DNA of 43,005 bases, taken from IMG/VR virus record IMGVR_UViG_3300030392_001166, positions 1-43,005 of that record, one strand, 5' to 3'. A model generated the notes under the pieces. The model saw only the letters and a program-made list of their open reading frames with translations. It was not told the origin of the DNA and ran no database searches. This DNA is from a virus (lineage: Duplodnaviria; Caudoviricetes). Position 1 is the stretch's first letter, and the number at the start of each line of letters is the position of its first letter. Position numbers and translations under genes: made by a program. Positions 8,601 to 17,397 of the stretch are shown piece after piece.

Positions 8601-9632
8601 ATGGCTAGCACGATAACTCAAAAGACCGTTAACATTGACTCGTTGACTACCTCAACATGGTATTCAATCGTAGATGGTGTTAGAGATCAGGTCTTCAAGA
8701 TTACACCTTTCCTTAACAAGCTGCAAGAAAGCGGCCAGATACGGGAAAAGGCATTGTCTGGAACCCATTGGGAAGTTGCTGTGCGTACAGAGAAACAGGA
8801 CCAGAATATCGAGTCCTTTGGTAAGGGCAATCAGTTTGGTGTATCGGACCAAGAGTTCATGACCAGAATGATTGTTTACCCGAAGAACATTGGTACTTCT
8901 ATTACCCGTTACTGGACGCAAGAGGCGCAGAACATGGGACCAGCAAAACTCCTTGATTATGTAGAGGAGTTGGTAGACGCTACTAGGATGAGTCTCTTAG
9001 ATTACTTTGAGACTAACCTAATTACTGGCGCTACTGGTACGGATGATATGACAGGCTTAGATGAGCTTATTTCCACGACTCCCACTACGGGAACCGTTCA
9101 GGGAATTACTCGCTCAACTAATACCTGGACACATAACCTGGTTACTGACGTTGATGGTGTATCGGGAACGAACCCAACTCCGTTTGCCACACTGTTAGAC
9201 GTAATGGACAGTATGTATAATCGGTGCAGTGAGTACAAGGGAATGGGACCTCGAAGAAGTCCTGACCTTATTCTCTGCTCTCGACAGGTGTACCAGCTGT
9301 ATGAACGAGGAATCATGGCTTCTGGAGTACTCCAGTGGACACCTCCGATACAGACTAAAAGGGCTAACTTGGGATTCGGGTCTCTGTTCTATAAGGATGC
9401 AGAGCTCCTTTGGAGTCCGGGAGTAGCTTCGGATAGGATGTATTTCCTTAACTCTGGTTCGCTTGAGTTTAGGATTCAGCCTGGTCTGTGGATGGAAATG
9501 ACACCTTGGAAATGGCTTGATGGTAGGTATCTGGATCGAACCGCACAAATCGTGTGCCGGGGAAATCTTGTAGCTACTAACTTCCGGAACCAGGGAGTGT
9601 TGCACGATATTCTCCTTTCGGGAATAACGTAA
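8601..9632 (+). CDS. Major capsid protein (HK97 fold inferred)
   Basis: 343 aa; AGGAG RBS; DMTGLDEL, PDLILCS and RMYFLNS patterns typical of MCPs; followed by a strong terminator. Confidence 0.85.
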   Translation: MASTITQKTVNIDSLTTSTWYSIVDGVRDQVFKITPFLNKLQESGQIREKALSGTHWEVAVRTEKQDQNIESFGKGNQFGVSDQEFMTRMIVYPKNIGTSITRYWTQEAQNMGPAKLLDYVEELVDATRMSLLDYFETNLITGATGTDDMTGLDELISTTPTTGTVQGITRSTNTWTHNLVTDVDGVSGTNPTPFATLLDVMDSMYNRCSEYKGMGPRRSPDLILCSRQVYQLYERGIMASGVLQWTPPIQTKRANLGFGSLFYKDAELLWSPGVASDRMYFLNSGSLEFRIQPGLWMEMTPWKWLDGRYLDRTAQIVCRGNLVATNFRNQGVLHDILLSGIT

Positions 9633-9641
9633 AATGATTAG

Positions 9642-9674
9642 GGGAGGGGTAGGTGTACTGCCCCTCCCTTTTTT
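9642..9674 (+). terminator. Rho-independent terminator after the MCP gene
   Basis: gggaggggtag / ctgcccctccc stem, 5-nt loop, T6 tail. Confidence 0.9.
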
Positions 9675-9731
9675 AAGCCCTGAGTTAATAGGGTTTAAAA
9701 TAAATGGTAGTAAAAGCCAAGGAGTAAGAAG

Positions 9732-10523
9732 ATGGGTATTAGTGGAAATAGAGGATCAACATTAGCGACTGGTAATCCTTTCGAGGATGCTATTGCTAAT
9801 ACTTCGATGAAGGTAGAACAGGGAAGAACTTCTTCCTTAGGAACCTTCCTTCGATTCGAGGATGGTAGGACCTTTAGGCGAGTTCAAGCTAATGGGACTA
9901 TTGACATGGGTGACCTCGTAGAGATGGATGTGTCTAATGATCAGGCTCTGGCAGCTACGGATTTCGGTCTGGCAGCAGCAGGACCTATAGCTGGAGAAGG
10001 TGGTAGCATTGGGGACACCGCTATTCGGATTGCGGAGAATATCACTGGTATTGCTGCAAACGAGTATGCTGGTGGCTTTGTTAGTGTAACTGCTGGTACT
10101 GGCCTGGGTCAGTTGAGGCGCATTAAGAGTCATAATGTAACGGATGCTGTAGATGGTTGTCTTTTGCAACTCTACGATCCGCTTCAGTTAGCTCTTAGTA
10201 ATAGTTCTGTGGGTAATCTCTCTATGAATGATGTAGAGGAGGTCCTTCAGGCAAGCACCCTGACTAATACTGTTATGGGACTTGCTGTTGCAGGTGCTGT
10301 TGCTGGGGATCACATGTGGATTCAGACTTGGGGTAGAGCCATTGGTCGAGCTGCGGAAGCAATTACGGCTGGTGAACCTCTTGGTGCTGATGCCGAGAAT
10401 GGAGAGTTCGCACCCAAAGTAGCAGCTGGTACTGATGCTACAGGTGTTCTGATTGGTATAGCTAGGACTGCACAAGCAGCAGAGAATGGATACTTCGAGG
10501 TAGACCTTCGGATCACTCCCTAA
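9732..10523 (+). CDS. Putative capsid decoration/cement protein
   Basis: AAGGAG RBS; Gly/Ala-rich; WIQTWG and AITAGEPL..GVLIGIA motifs of decoration-like proteins; directly after MCP. Confidence 0.6.
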   Translation: MGISGNRGSTLATGNPFEDAIANTSMKVEQGRTSSLGTFLRFEDGRTFRRVQANGTIDMGDLVEMDVSNDQALAATDFGLAAAGPIAGEGGSIGDTAIRIAENITGIAANEYAGGFVSVTAGTGLGQLRRIKSHNVTDAVDGCLLQLYDPLQLALSNSSVGNLSMNDVEEVLQASTLTNTVMGLAVAGAVAGDHMWIQTWGRAIGRAAEAITAGEPLGADAENGEFAPKVAAGTDATGVLIGIARTAQAAENGYFEVDLRITP

Positions 10524-10529
10524 CTCCCT

Positions 10530-10562
10530 TGGGGGGAGGGGCTAAACTCCCCCCACTATTTT
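10530..10562 (+). terminator. Rho-independent terminator
   Basis: tggggggag / ctcccccca stem followed by a T-rich tail. Confidence 0.75.
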
Positions 10563-10575
10563 ATAGGAAAAGGAT

Positions 10576-11334
10576 ATGGCAACTAAAACTGGAACAGAGC
10601 TCAAGGATGCCGTAAAGAGTCATATCGGGGATCGGAACAATGGCAAAATAGGCAGCTTGTCGGTGGATTCTGCTGTACGGGATTCTATCAATCGGGCTCT
10701 TTATGACATAGTACGCAAGCATTCTCCTAAAGAGTTAGAGGAAATTGCCCAGATAAATGTAGTGGACAGTAATTACATCTACAATATGCCTTCGACTAAC
10801 ACTGACCTTGATACTATAAAGATAAAGAACATCCTAGCTGCTACCATTCAAAAGGTAGGAGAGGATACTGTAAATACTCTTATACGGATCTCTGCTCGTC
10901 AGCGTTTTAGAGCTTTTCCTGATGTCTCTAATAATAATCCTGGTTATCCTTCCCACTATATAGAGTTCGGAGTTAATAATTCTTCACAGTCTCAGGTAAG
11001 ATTCTACCCGTATCCAAACGGTAGTTACACTGTTACTATTTATGCCAATGCTTGGCCACCTCTCTTTGATGATAACAATATGGGAAATGCCCATCCATTA
11101 GATGAGTACATGAACGATCTAGTGGAGAATTTTGCCGTTGCAGATTGTTTCTTAAAACTAGAACAGATAGATGATTACTCAATTTTTATGAGCAGATATG
11201 AGAGGAGCCTTAAAAGAACAGTAGGGGCCATTCTTACAAAGCCAGATCTAGACTTTCCCACGCAGGGAGTTCCGCATTATGCGAACCTCGCGAATCAAGC
11301 CTTTAGTGGAGACTACACTGGAGAAGCAATATAA
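10576..11334 (+). CDS. Putative head-tail adaptor protein
   Basis: N-terminal helices (INRALYDI), G.PSHY and FYPYPNGSYTVTI motif of podoviral adaptor-like proteins; position in the module. Confidence 0.65.
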   Translation: MATKTGTELKDAVKSHIGDRNNGKIGSLSVDSAVRDSINRALYDIVRKHSPKELEEIAQINVVDSNYIYNMPSTNTDLDTIKIKNILAATIQKVGEDTVNTLIRISARQRFRAFPDVSNNNPGYPSHYIEFGVNNSSQSQVRFYPYPNGSYTVTIYANAWPPLFDDNNMGNAHPLDEYMNDLVENFAVADCFLKLEQIDDYSIFMSRYERSLKRTVGAILTKPDLDFPTQGVPHYANLANQAFSGDYTGEAI

Positions 11335-11354
11335 ACCCTTGAATATAGGATCTT

Positions 11355-12119
11355 ATGGCAAACTACGCATACACTTACAACAAAGCTAAACCAGCAGGGT
11401 CGGACCTCATTAGTGATAGTGACCAGTTCTTCCGAGATCAGTGGGCAGCAATAGAAGAACGTCAAGACATAGAGCACTTTGCGTATTCTTCTGAGGGCTC
11501 AGGAGTTTCTAAGGACGACGCTGGGTCTGCGGGTCATCATAGGCCAGGATTTGTAAGCGCAGTAAAAAAGACCACTAAGTCCCTCTTAGATAGCGGTATT
11601 CCAGATCTTCCAGGTCGTCTTGGTATAGATACTACAAATGGCGTTTTCGTAATAAATGATGGAAATGCTAGTACAGGTTGGGCTAATGATGTAATACAAA
11701 TGTCCACCAATTTAGGAACAGCGGCCTTTGCAGGGTATCTTGCGGCTAATCAGGATATCACTACTCAGACTGGAGATAATGTATCTTTTACTGAAGCCTA
11801 TGATATAGGGACTAATTATATAGCTCCTACTTATACTGCTCCCTTTACGGGACTCTATCAAATAGATGTTGGCTTATACCATAATGAGCTCACTAGAACT
11901 GAGGAGAACCCCGTAGTAACCATAGCTATTAATGGAGTAAGTAAATATGTTGCTGATAATGGATTTCACGGTCTTATTGGTCTTACTGCGACTAATACCT
12001 TAGTGGTCAAGGCGGGATTCCGTGCATCAGACAGTAGTTACACTCTTGCAGGGAGAACTTTTGGTGCAGATTTCTGTACCCTTAGTATCCATTGTATTAC
12101 TAGGAGTCTTACAGTTTAA
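11355..12119 (+). CDS. Short tail fibre/structural protein with C-terminal C1q/TNF-like domain
   Basis: AAFAG..VSF..YDIG.NY..YTAPFTGLYQI matches the C1q-like pattern. Confidence 0.6.
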   Translation: MANYAYTYNKAKPAGSDLISDSDQFFRDQWAAIEERQDIEHFAYSSEGSGVSKDDAGSAGHHRPGFVSAVKKTTKSLLDSGIPDLPGRLGIDTTNGVFVINDGNASTGWANDVIQMSTNLGTAAFAGYLAANQDITTQTGDNVSFTEAYDIGTNYIAPTYTAPFTGLYQIDVGLYHNELTRTEENPVVTIAINGVSKYVADNGFHGLIGLTATNTLVVKAGFRASDSSYTLAGRTFGADFCTLSIHCITRSLTV

Positions 12120-14698
12120 TGGCTAGAAAACGTCTAACGCCTGAGGCAGTATATCTTCCCACTAAGGGTGTTAATCCTGATGGGAATGGCATCTCCTTGC
12201 GACCAGAGGAGTGTGTAGATGGCGTGAACCTTCGGTTTCTTCCTAAGGATATCTCTGTTCGCGATGGTAGTCGTAGAATGGCTAATGCAGTCCCAAGCGG
12301 TGATCCTATTCTACACTTCCATACATACAAAAAACCTAGTGGTACGGAAGTCCTATATGGCTTTACAAAGAATACTATTTATAAGTTTGTCCCTGGATCT
12401 CTGGGTTCTACTGGTACTTGGACTACTGCTATACAAGCACTTGACCACTCAAACGTAGCAATAGACACCTGTGATAGTGTTTCTACTGCTAATTGGACTA
12501 CTGGCATAGGAGCAGCTCCCGCAGCATCCGAAACTACTATTAAAAAGGAGGGTCTAGGTAGTTGCAAATTAGCTACAGGTTCTGCCGCAGATAATATTGC
12601 ATCTGGTACAGCTATATTCCAGAGACACAATCTCAGTGTAAATTTGTCTGGTCATGCTTCTATGCTTATGTGGATTTCAGTGGAAATGGCTAATACTGTT
12701 ACGGAAGATATGAGACTAGTACTGAAAACCTTTACTAGCTCAAATTGTACTGGATCGCCTATTGAGACTTCCGCTGAAGTAGTACTTACTGATATTAGTA
12801 CTACTGCCAACTTTGCACCGGTTCAATTTTTATACATAACACCTGCTGGTCTCTCTAGTGTCGGCAGCTTTAGTGTTGAGTTAAATGCTGTTTGGCCTAC
12901 GGCACCACTAGTATCAGGAAGTGGTATTAATGTATATGTAGACGATATACAATCTGTAGGTAGTCTTTCACTAGCTCAAACGGTAGAATTTTGGGATACC
13001 ACCGATATAATAGATGATGCCGAGGGTGCAACAGTAGTAGCGGCAGGGAGCAGACCCCCTAACCCAAATGAACCTGAAGATGACTCAGCGTCTAGGGTTC
13101 TTTTCATCCTAGATGCCATAGGAACAGAAAATTTTAAGCCCCTTACGATAAATCATAGGGTAGCCATTTCTAACGAAGATAGTACTAGGACCATCGTAGC
13201 CGTGGGGTCTGCTCAGAATATTACAGGAGGTACGATTAAAACAGGAAATATAGTTCCTGGACTTTTCTCACTCTTAACCGATAGGGGTGGAACTATAGTA
13301 ACAGCCTCTTCTGTTAAAAAGAGGGTGGATACAGGGGCAGCTGAAGCGGATGGATACGCTCTTTTAGCAACCGATCCTGCTGGAGATAAAGTAGTAGAAA
13401 ATGTTTCCAGTACGGGTTCTTGGGTTAAGGAGGATGGTACCTGGGAACTTAATTTTACTCCTACTACTGGTAATGGTTATGTTGCTAGTGAGCCCGTTCT
13501 TATTAATTATACATACCTTGAGGACTCTCAGACCAAGCCTAGATTCGTGCGGTCCTTCCATAACCGTCTAGTAATGGGAAATATCTATGATGATATAGCT
13601 AATACCTACCTGCCCTGGCAAATTCGCTGGACAGATGTGGGAGACACCACAGAACTAAATTCTCTTAATTTCCAAGACGTAGTGGGAACAGACATTACTC
13701 CTATTACTAAGTTGGAATACATGGGATACTACCTCTATATCTATAAGTTCGAGTCTAAAGCTAGGATGAGACATGTAGGAGGAACTAGTATCTTCTTAAC
13801 GGAAACCGTAGAGAAGCGAGGCTGTAAGGCAGGAAAGACCATAGTACCCTTTCGGAATGTCCATTTCTATCTAGGGGAGGATGATGTTTATGTCTTTGAT
13901 GGTACTAGTTCTTTCTCTATTACCCTAGATAACCAGACGGGAAACCATAGGGTTCGAGATACACTCTTCCAGCGGATCAATAATGCTAGCGTGAATGCTC
14001 ACTTTGGTTCTAAGTACGAGAAGCACAATGAGTACTGGCTTTGGTTCGTGCGCGGTGGTAAAGTAGATACTGATATAGGAGCTTCTAGTCCTGAGGTTTA
14101 TCCTTCTATGGCATTGGTTTTCAATGCCCAATTAAGGATCTTCTATTTCTTCGAGTTTAAGACCATAACGTCTGTTGGGTATTTTCATAGTTCCTCAGGC
14201 GAGGCCTGGGATAATATAGTACGATCCTGGGGCAGCTCAGGGGGTACCTGGGAATCGGGAACTCTCTCAGGAAATCCAAGGGCTATGGTTTTAGCTAGAA
14301 GTACTTCTGATAGTTTTTTAATGGATGGGACTGATTCTAAAGATTATGGATACCTAGATGGTAGTGGTGGTTTTGTAGAAGGAGATGATATCTCTTACCA
14401 TTTTATTACGAGAGACTTTACCTGGGGAGATATTTCTAGGAAGACTAGGACTACCCGTCTAGATTTCGAGTGCGACGGGGGAACAGATACTACTGTGGGA
14501 TACTCCCTAGATTACTCCACAGATACAGACACTTTTAAGGCCAAGGAAGACATAGTAATAGATTATAACGCAGAGGAACGAACATACTTTCCTGATGCTA
14601 CTAGTGAGCATATAAGGTTTCTCTTCGAGGGTACCGATAACTTTAGACTGCGGTGGATTCAGCCGTATGGAATTGTACACGATTTACCTGGAGAATAA
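12119..14698 (+). CDS. Tail hub/nozzle protein (P22 gp10 or T7 gp12-like) with inserted beta-sandwich domains
   Basis: N-terminal LPTKGVN..VNLRF and propeller-like repeats (FHNRLVMGN, IRWTD, FYLGEDDVYVFDG); C-terminal beta-sandwich. Confidence 0.65.
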   Translation: MARKRLTPEAVYLPTKGVNPDGNGISLRPEECVDGVNLRFLPKDISVRDGSRRMANAVPSGDPILHFHTYKKPSGTEVLYGFTKNTIYKFVPGSLGSTGTWTTAIQALDHSNVAIDTCDSVSTANWTTGIGAAPAASETTIKKEGLGSCKLATGSAADNIASGTAIFQRHNLSVNLSGHASMLMWISVEMANTVTEDMRLVLKTFTSSNCTGSPIETSAEVVLTDISTTANFAPVQFLYITPAGLSSVGSFSVELNAVWPTAPLVSGSGINVYVDDIQSVGSLSLAQTVEFWDTTDIIDDAEGATVVAAGSRPPNPNEPEDDSASRVLFILDAIGTENFKPLTINHRVAISNEDSTRTIVAVGSAQNITGGTIKTGNIVPGLFSLLTDRGGTIVTASSVKKRVDTGAAEADGYALLATDPAGDKVVENVSSTGSWVKEDGTWELNFTPTTGNGYVASEPVLINYTYLEDSQTKPRFVRSFHNRLVMGNIYDDIANTYLPWQIRWTDVGDTTELNSLNFQDVVGTDITPITKLEYMGYYLYIYKFESKARMRHVGGTSIFLTETVEKRGCKAGKTIVPFRNVHFYLGEDDVYVFDGTSSFSITLDNQTGNHRVRDTLFQRINNASVNAHFGSKYEKHNEYWLWFVRGGKVDTDIGASSPEVYPSMALVFNAQLRIFYFFEFKTITSVGYFHSSSGEAWDNIVRSWGSSGGTWESGTLSGNPRAMVLARSTSDSFLMDGTDSKDYGYLDGSGGFVEGDDISYHFITRDFTWGDISRKTRTTRLDFECDGGTDTTVGYSLDYSTDTDTFKAKEDIVIDYNAEERTYFPDATSEHIRFLFEGTDNFRLRWIQPYGIVHDLPGE

Positions 14699-14700
14699 TA

Positions 14701-15957
14701 ATGGGAAAACAAACTTACACACCACCATCAGGCAATGCCCCTACCTATCATCCGAAAGGAAGAAGTCAGGCTAAACAGCGGCAACGGCGCTGGGAAGATG
14801 CGAATCCTGAATTAAGAGGTTCAGGAGGTGGACCTCATCCAGACTTGGCACGAGATCCTCTTCCACCCCCACCGCCTACGGGAACTGAGCTCTTTAGAAG
14901 TGCCTTAAGACATATTCCAGATCCTCCTGATCTCCAGCCTTATGAGGGACCTGTGGCAGTACCTCTTACGCCTTCCTACCAGAGATTAGTAGATTATACT
15001 GAGGACTTATTCTTTGATCCTCAGAGTTCCTACCGGCGGTTGGCTTCTGGGGAACCTGATTATGGAGATGTTCAGACTCTTATTAATCAGGGAAGAAGGA
15101 ATTTTGAGCAAAACGTACTTCCAGGAATAGAGGACTCTTTCTCTGGAGGACCACTAGGATCTACAGGCCAGACAGGTGCTGCTAGAGCAGCAGAAGCAGG
15201 AGCTAGGGCCGATCTAGGAGAGTTCGAGCAACAACTAAGAATCTCAGAACGTCAAAGGGCAGATTCAAATGCTCTACAGGCTCTTAGTCTTACGCCATCT
15301 CTAGCATCTCCCTTTTTAGTGGAACTCCAAAATGAAATGCAGAACACTGAGAGGGAAATAGAGATACATTTTCAGAATGAAAATCTCAATGTTACAGAAT
15401 ATAAACTTGCTCTTGCAGAAGTTACTGCGGCGTTGAGCTTAGCAGAATTTGAATTTAATGTTGAGTCGTATCACGAGCAAGTTGAACTTCAATTAGAAAT
15501 GCGAAGAGCCCAGGAAAAGGCTGCTAAAGGAGGACTCTTGGGAGGAGCCCTGGGAAGTATTGGAGGTGCTATTGTAGGGGCAGCTCTTGCACCTGCTACA
15601 GGGGGTGCAAGTCTAATAGCAGCAGCTTCCTTAGGAGCTTCCGTAGGGGGACAGGTAGGAACTTCCGTAGGAACTCTAGCGGCTGGTGGAAATCCCTCGG
15701 CTGTATTTGCTGGAGGGGGTGGTGTCGGTTCAAATCTTGGAAGTGACCTAGCACAAGTCTATTCTATGGATCGATTGTCGGGAGGAAGTATCTTTGGCTC
15801 TGGTCGGGGAGGATCTGTGGGGAACGTAAATCAGCCCTACACGCCCAGTTACTATTCTCCTAATGCACCCTCGCTCCCGCCAGCATATAATTATAATTAC
15901 ACACCAACGTATGGACCTATACGAGGACAAGGAATCCCCGGATATGTACAGCAGTAA
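14701..15957 (+). CDS. Putative DNA ejection/internal virion protein
   Basis: GGAG RBS before ATG 14701; Gln/Ala helical core plus glycine-zipper hydrophobic segment GGLLGGALGSIGGAIVGAALAPATGGASL. Confidence 0.6.
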   Translation: MGKQTYTPPSGNAPTYHPKGRSQAKQRQRRWEDANPELRGSGGGPHPDLARDPLPPPPPTGTELFRSALRHIPDPPDLQPYEGPVAVPLTPSYQRLVDYTEDLFFDPQSSYRRLASGEPDYGDVQTLINQGRRNFEQNVLPGIEDSFSGGPLGSTGQTGAARAAEAGARADLGEFEQQLRISERQRADSNALQALSLTPSLASPFLVELQNEMQNTEREIEIHFQNENLNVTEYKLALAEVTAALSLAEFEFNVESYHEQVELQLEMRRAQEKAAKGGLLGGALGSIGGAIVGAALAPATGGASLIAAASLGASVGGQVGTSVGTLAAGGNPSAVFAGGGGVGSNLGSDLAQVYSMDRLSGGSIFGSGRGGSVGNVNQPYTPSYYSPNAPSLPPAYNYNYTPTYGPIRGQGIPGYVQQ

Positions 15958-15969
15958 CAGGAGAAGAAG

Positions 15970-17391
15970 ATGGCTATACTACCGCCGCCAAATATAATTG
16001 CACAGCAAGCAGCTCTTGATGCACCTATAGCACGGGGAATTGCAGCTTCTCAGGCTGGAGCACAACGAGGAATCCAGAGCATTATTCAGACAGAGCAGAT
16101 GAAGCAAAAACAAGATGCTGCGAAAGAGTCTTTAGATCTGAGGAAACAAACTCAGGAGATCAGTCGGGGTCACCTCGATCTAGCGATAGAAAGACACGAA
16201 GATTCCAAAAAGGCAGCGGGTCTTAAGAGAGAAAAGGATCAAGCCAAGGTAGAAGAAAAACGCGGATATGATACTGTCATTAATACGATGAATGCTCTCC
16301 AGAAAATAATGGATAGAGCTGGCATATATTCCGACGAATACAGGTATGTATACGCACAAATTTCTGCGCGTAAGGACTTTCTGACCCTAGCAGAAAGACA
16401 CTATCCTGGTGGAGTAGTGGGAGCCCTTCAAGCCTTTAAGCCACCAGATGAAACTCGCGGAGAAAGAACTCTCCGACTGGAAAAAGAGAAGATGGAAACG
16501 GCACGGAAAGTCGGGGATACTGATGAGTCGAAAGCATACAGAAAGCAACTGATGGAATTTGAGGCCGCGCACCAAAGGTACCTGGCAGAACAGAAAAGGC
16601 TTACGACCGAGGTCCACTACTTTAACGCTGCAACTGGCGCAATGGGTAAGGAGACGGGTGCTGAGGTGGATGCTCTAATAGAGCAGCTCGGTTCGAATAC
16701 TATATTCCCTGCTACCAAGGAGCATATAAAAGTAGTAGCAGAATATTCCGCAGCTTCTGGGGTAATTACGGATCAAGTAATGGAAGCAAACTATACTCCT
16801 AGTAGAGTAGGAAAGCAAGGCACTCCCTTAGGTACTGACCTTCGGGCAGCGAGAAGTGAGTCTGGTAAAAATTCAGGTGATAGTGTCTGGCGAGCAATGG
16901 AAGAGAAGTACTTCTTACTTCCTGGGGGAACTGCGATACGTCCACTCATGAAGGATGGTAAGGCGGTTCCGGGTCGGTTTGAAGAAGTAAATCTCCGAGC
17001 TCAGCAGCGGAATAAATATATTGACCTCGCCCCCAGGATGCTAAAAGCTGCCAAGAGTGGGACAACCGAAGAGAAGCGTAAGCTCATCGAAGAAGCAAAT
17101 GTTTTTATCCTGGGTACAAATGGAAGCGATACTGCTGCCACGGATGGGCAACTTTTTGAAGCGAATCCCTCCCTGGGGATGCCTAGTATCTATCACTGGA
17201 AAATGCAATTGCATCTCAAGGTCCTAACGGAATCTCTTACTGGTAAGGTCTCGTCCGAGGACGAGAAAAAGCTAAAGCTACTCCACCAAATTACAACAGG
17301 ACTTAAAGGATTTGTGGAAAAAGGGATGAAAAGTGGACCTGGTTTCGGATTTCCGGGCCCAGGCAACTCCGGTAACGTCCTTACCCCCTAG
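15970..17391 (+). CDS. Putative internal virion/ejection protein
   Basis: AGGAG RBS; coiled-coil-like N-terminus; lies between the glycine-zipper protein and the giant protein. Confidence 0.55.
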   Translation: MAILPPPNIIAQQAALDAPIARGIAASQAGAQRGIQSIIQTEQMKQKQDAAKESLDLRKQTQEISRGHLDLAIERHEDSKKAAGLKREKDQAKVEEKRGYDTVINTMNALQKIMDRAGIYSDEYRYVYAQISARKDFLTLAERHYPGGVVGALQAFKPPDETRGERTLRLEKEKMETARKVGDTDESKAYRKQLMEFEAAHQRYLAEQKRLTTEVHYFNAATGAMGKETGAEVDALIEQLGSNTIFPATKEHIKVVAEYSAASGVITDQVMEANYTPSRVGKQGTPLGTDLRAARSESGKNSGDSVWRAMEEKYFLLPGGTAIRPLMKDGKAVPGRFEEVNLRAQQRNKYIDLAPRMLKAAKSGTTEEKRKLIEEANVFILGTNGSDTAATDGQLFEANPSLGMPSIYHWKMQLHLKVLTESLTGKVSSEDEKKLKLLHQITTGLKGFVEKGMKSGPGFGFPGPGNSGNVLTP

Positions 17392-17397
17392 GGCTTT

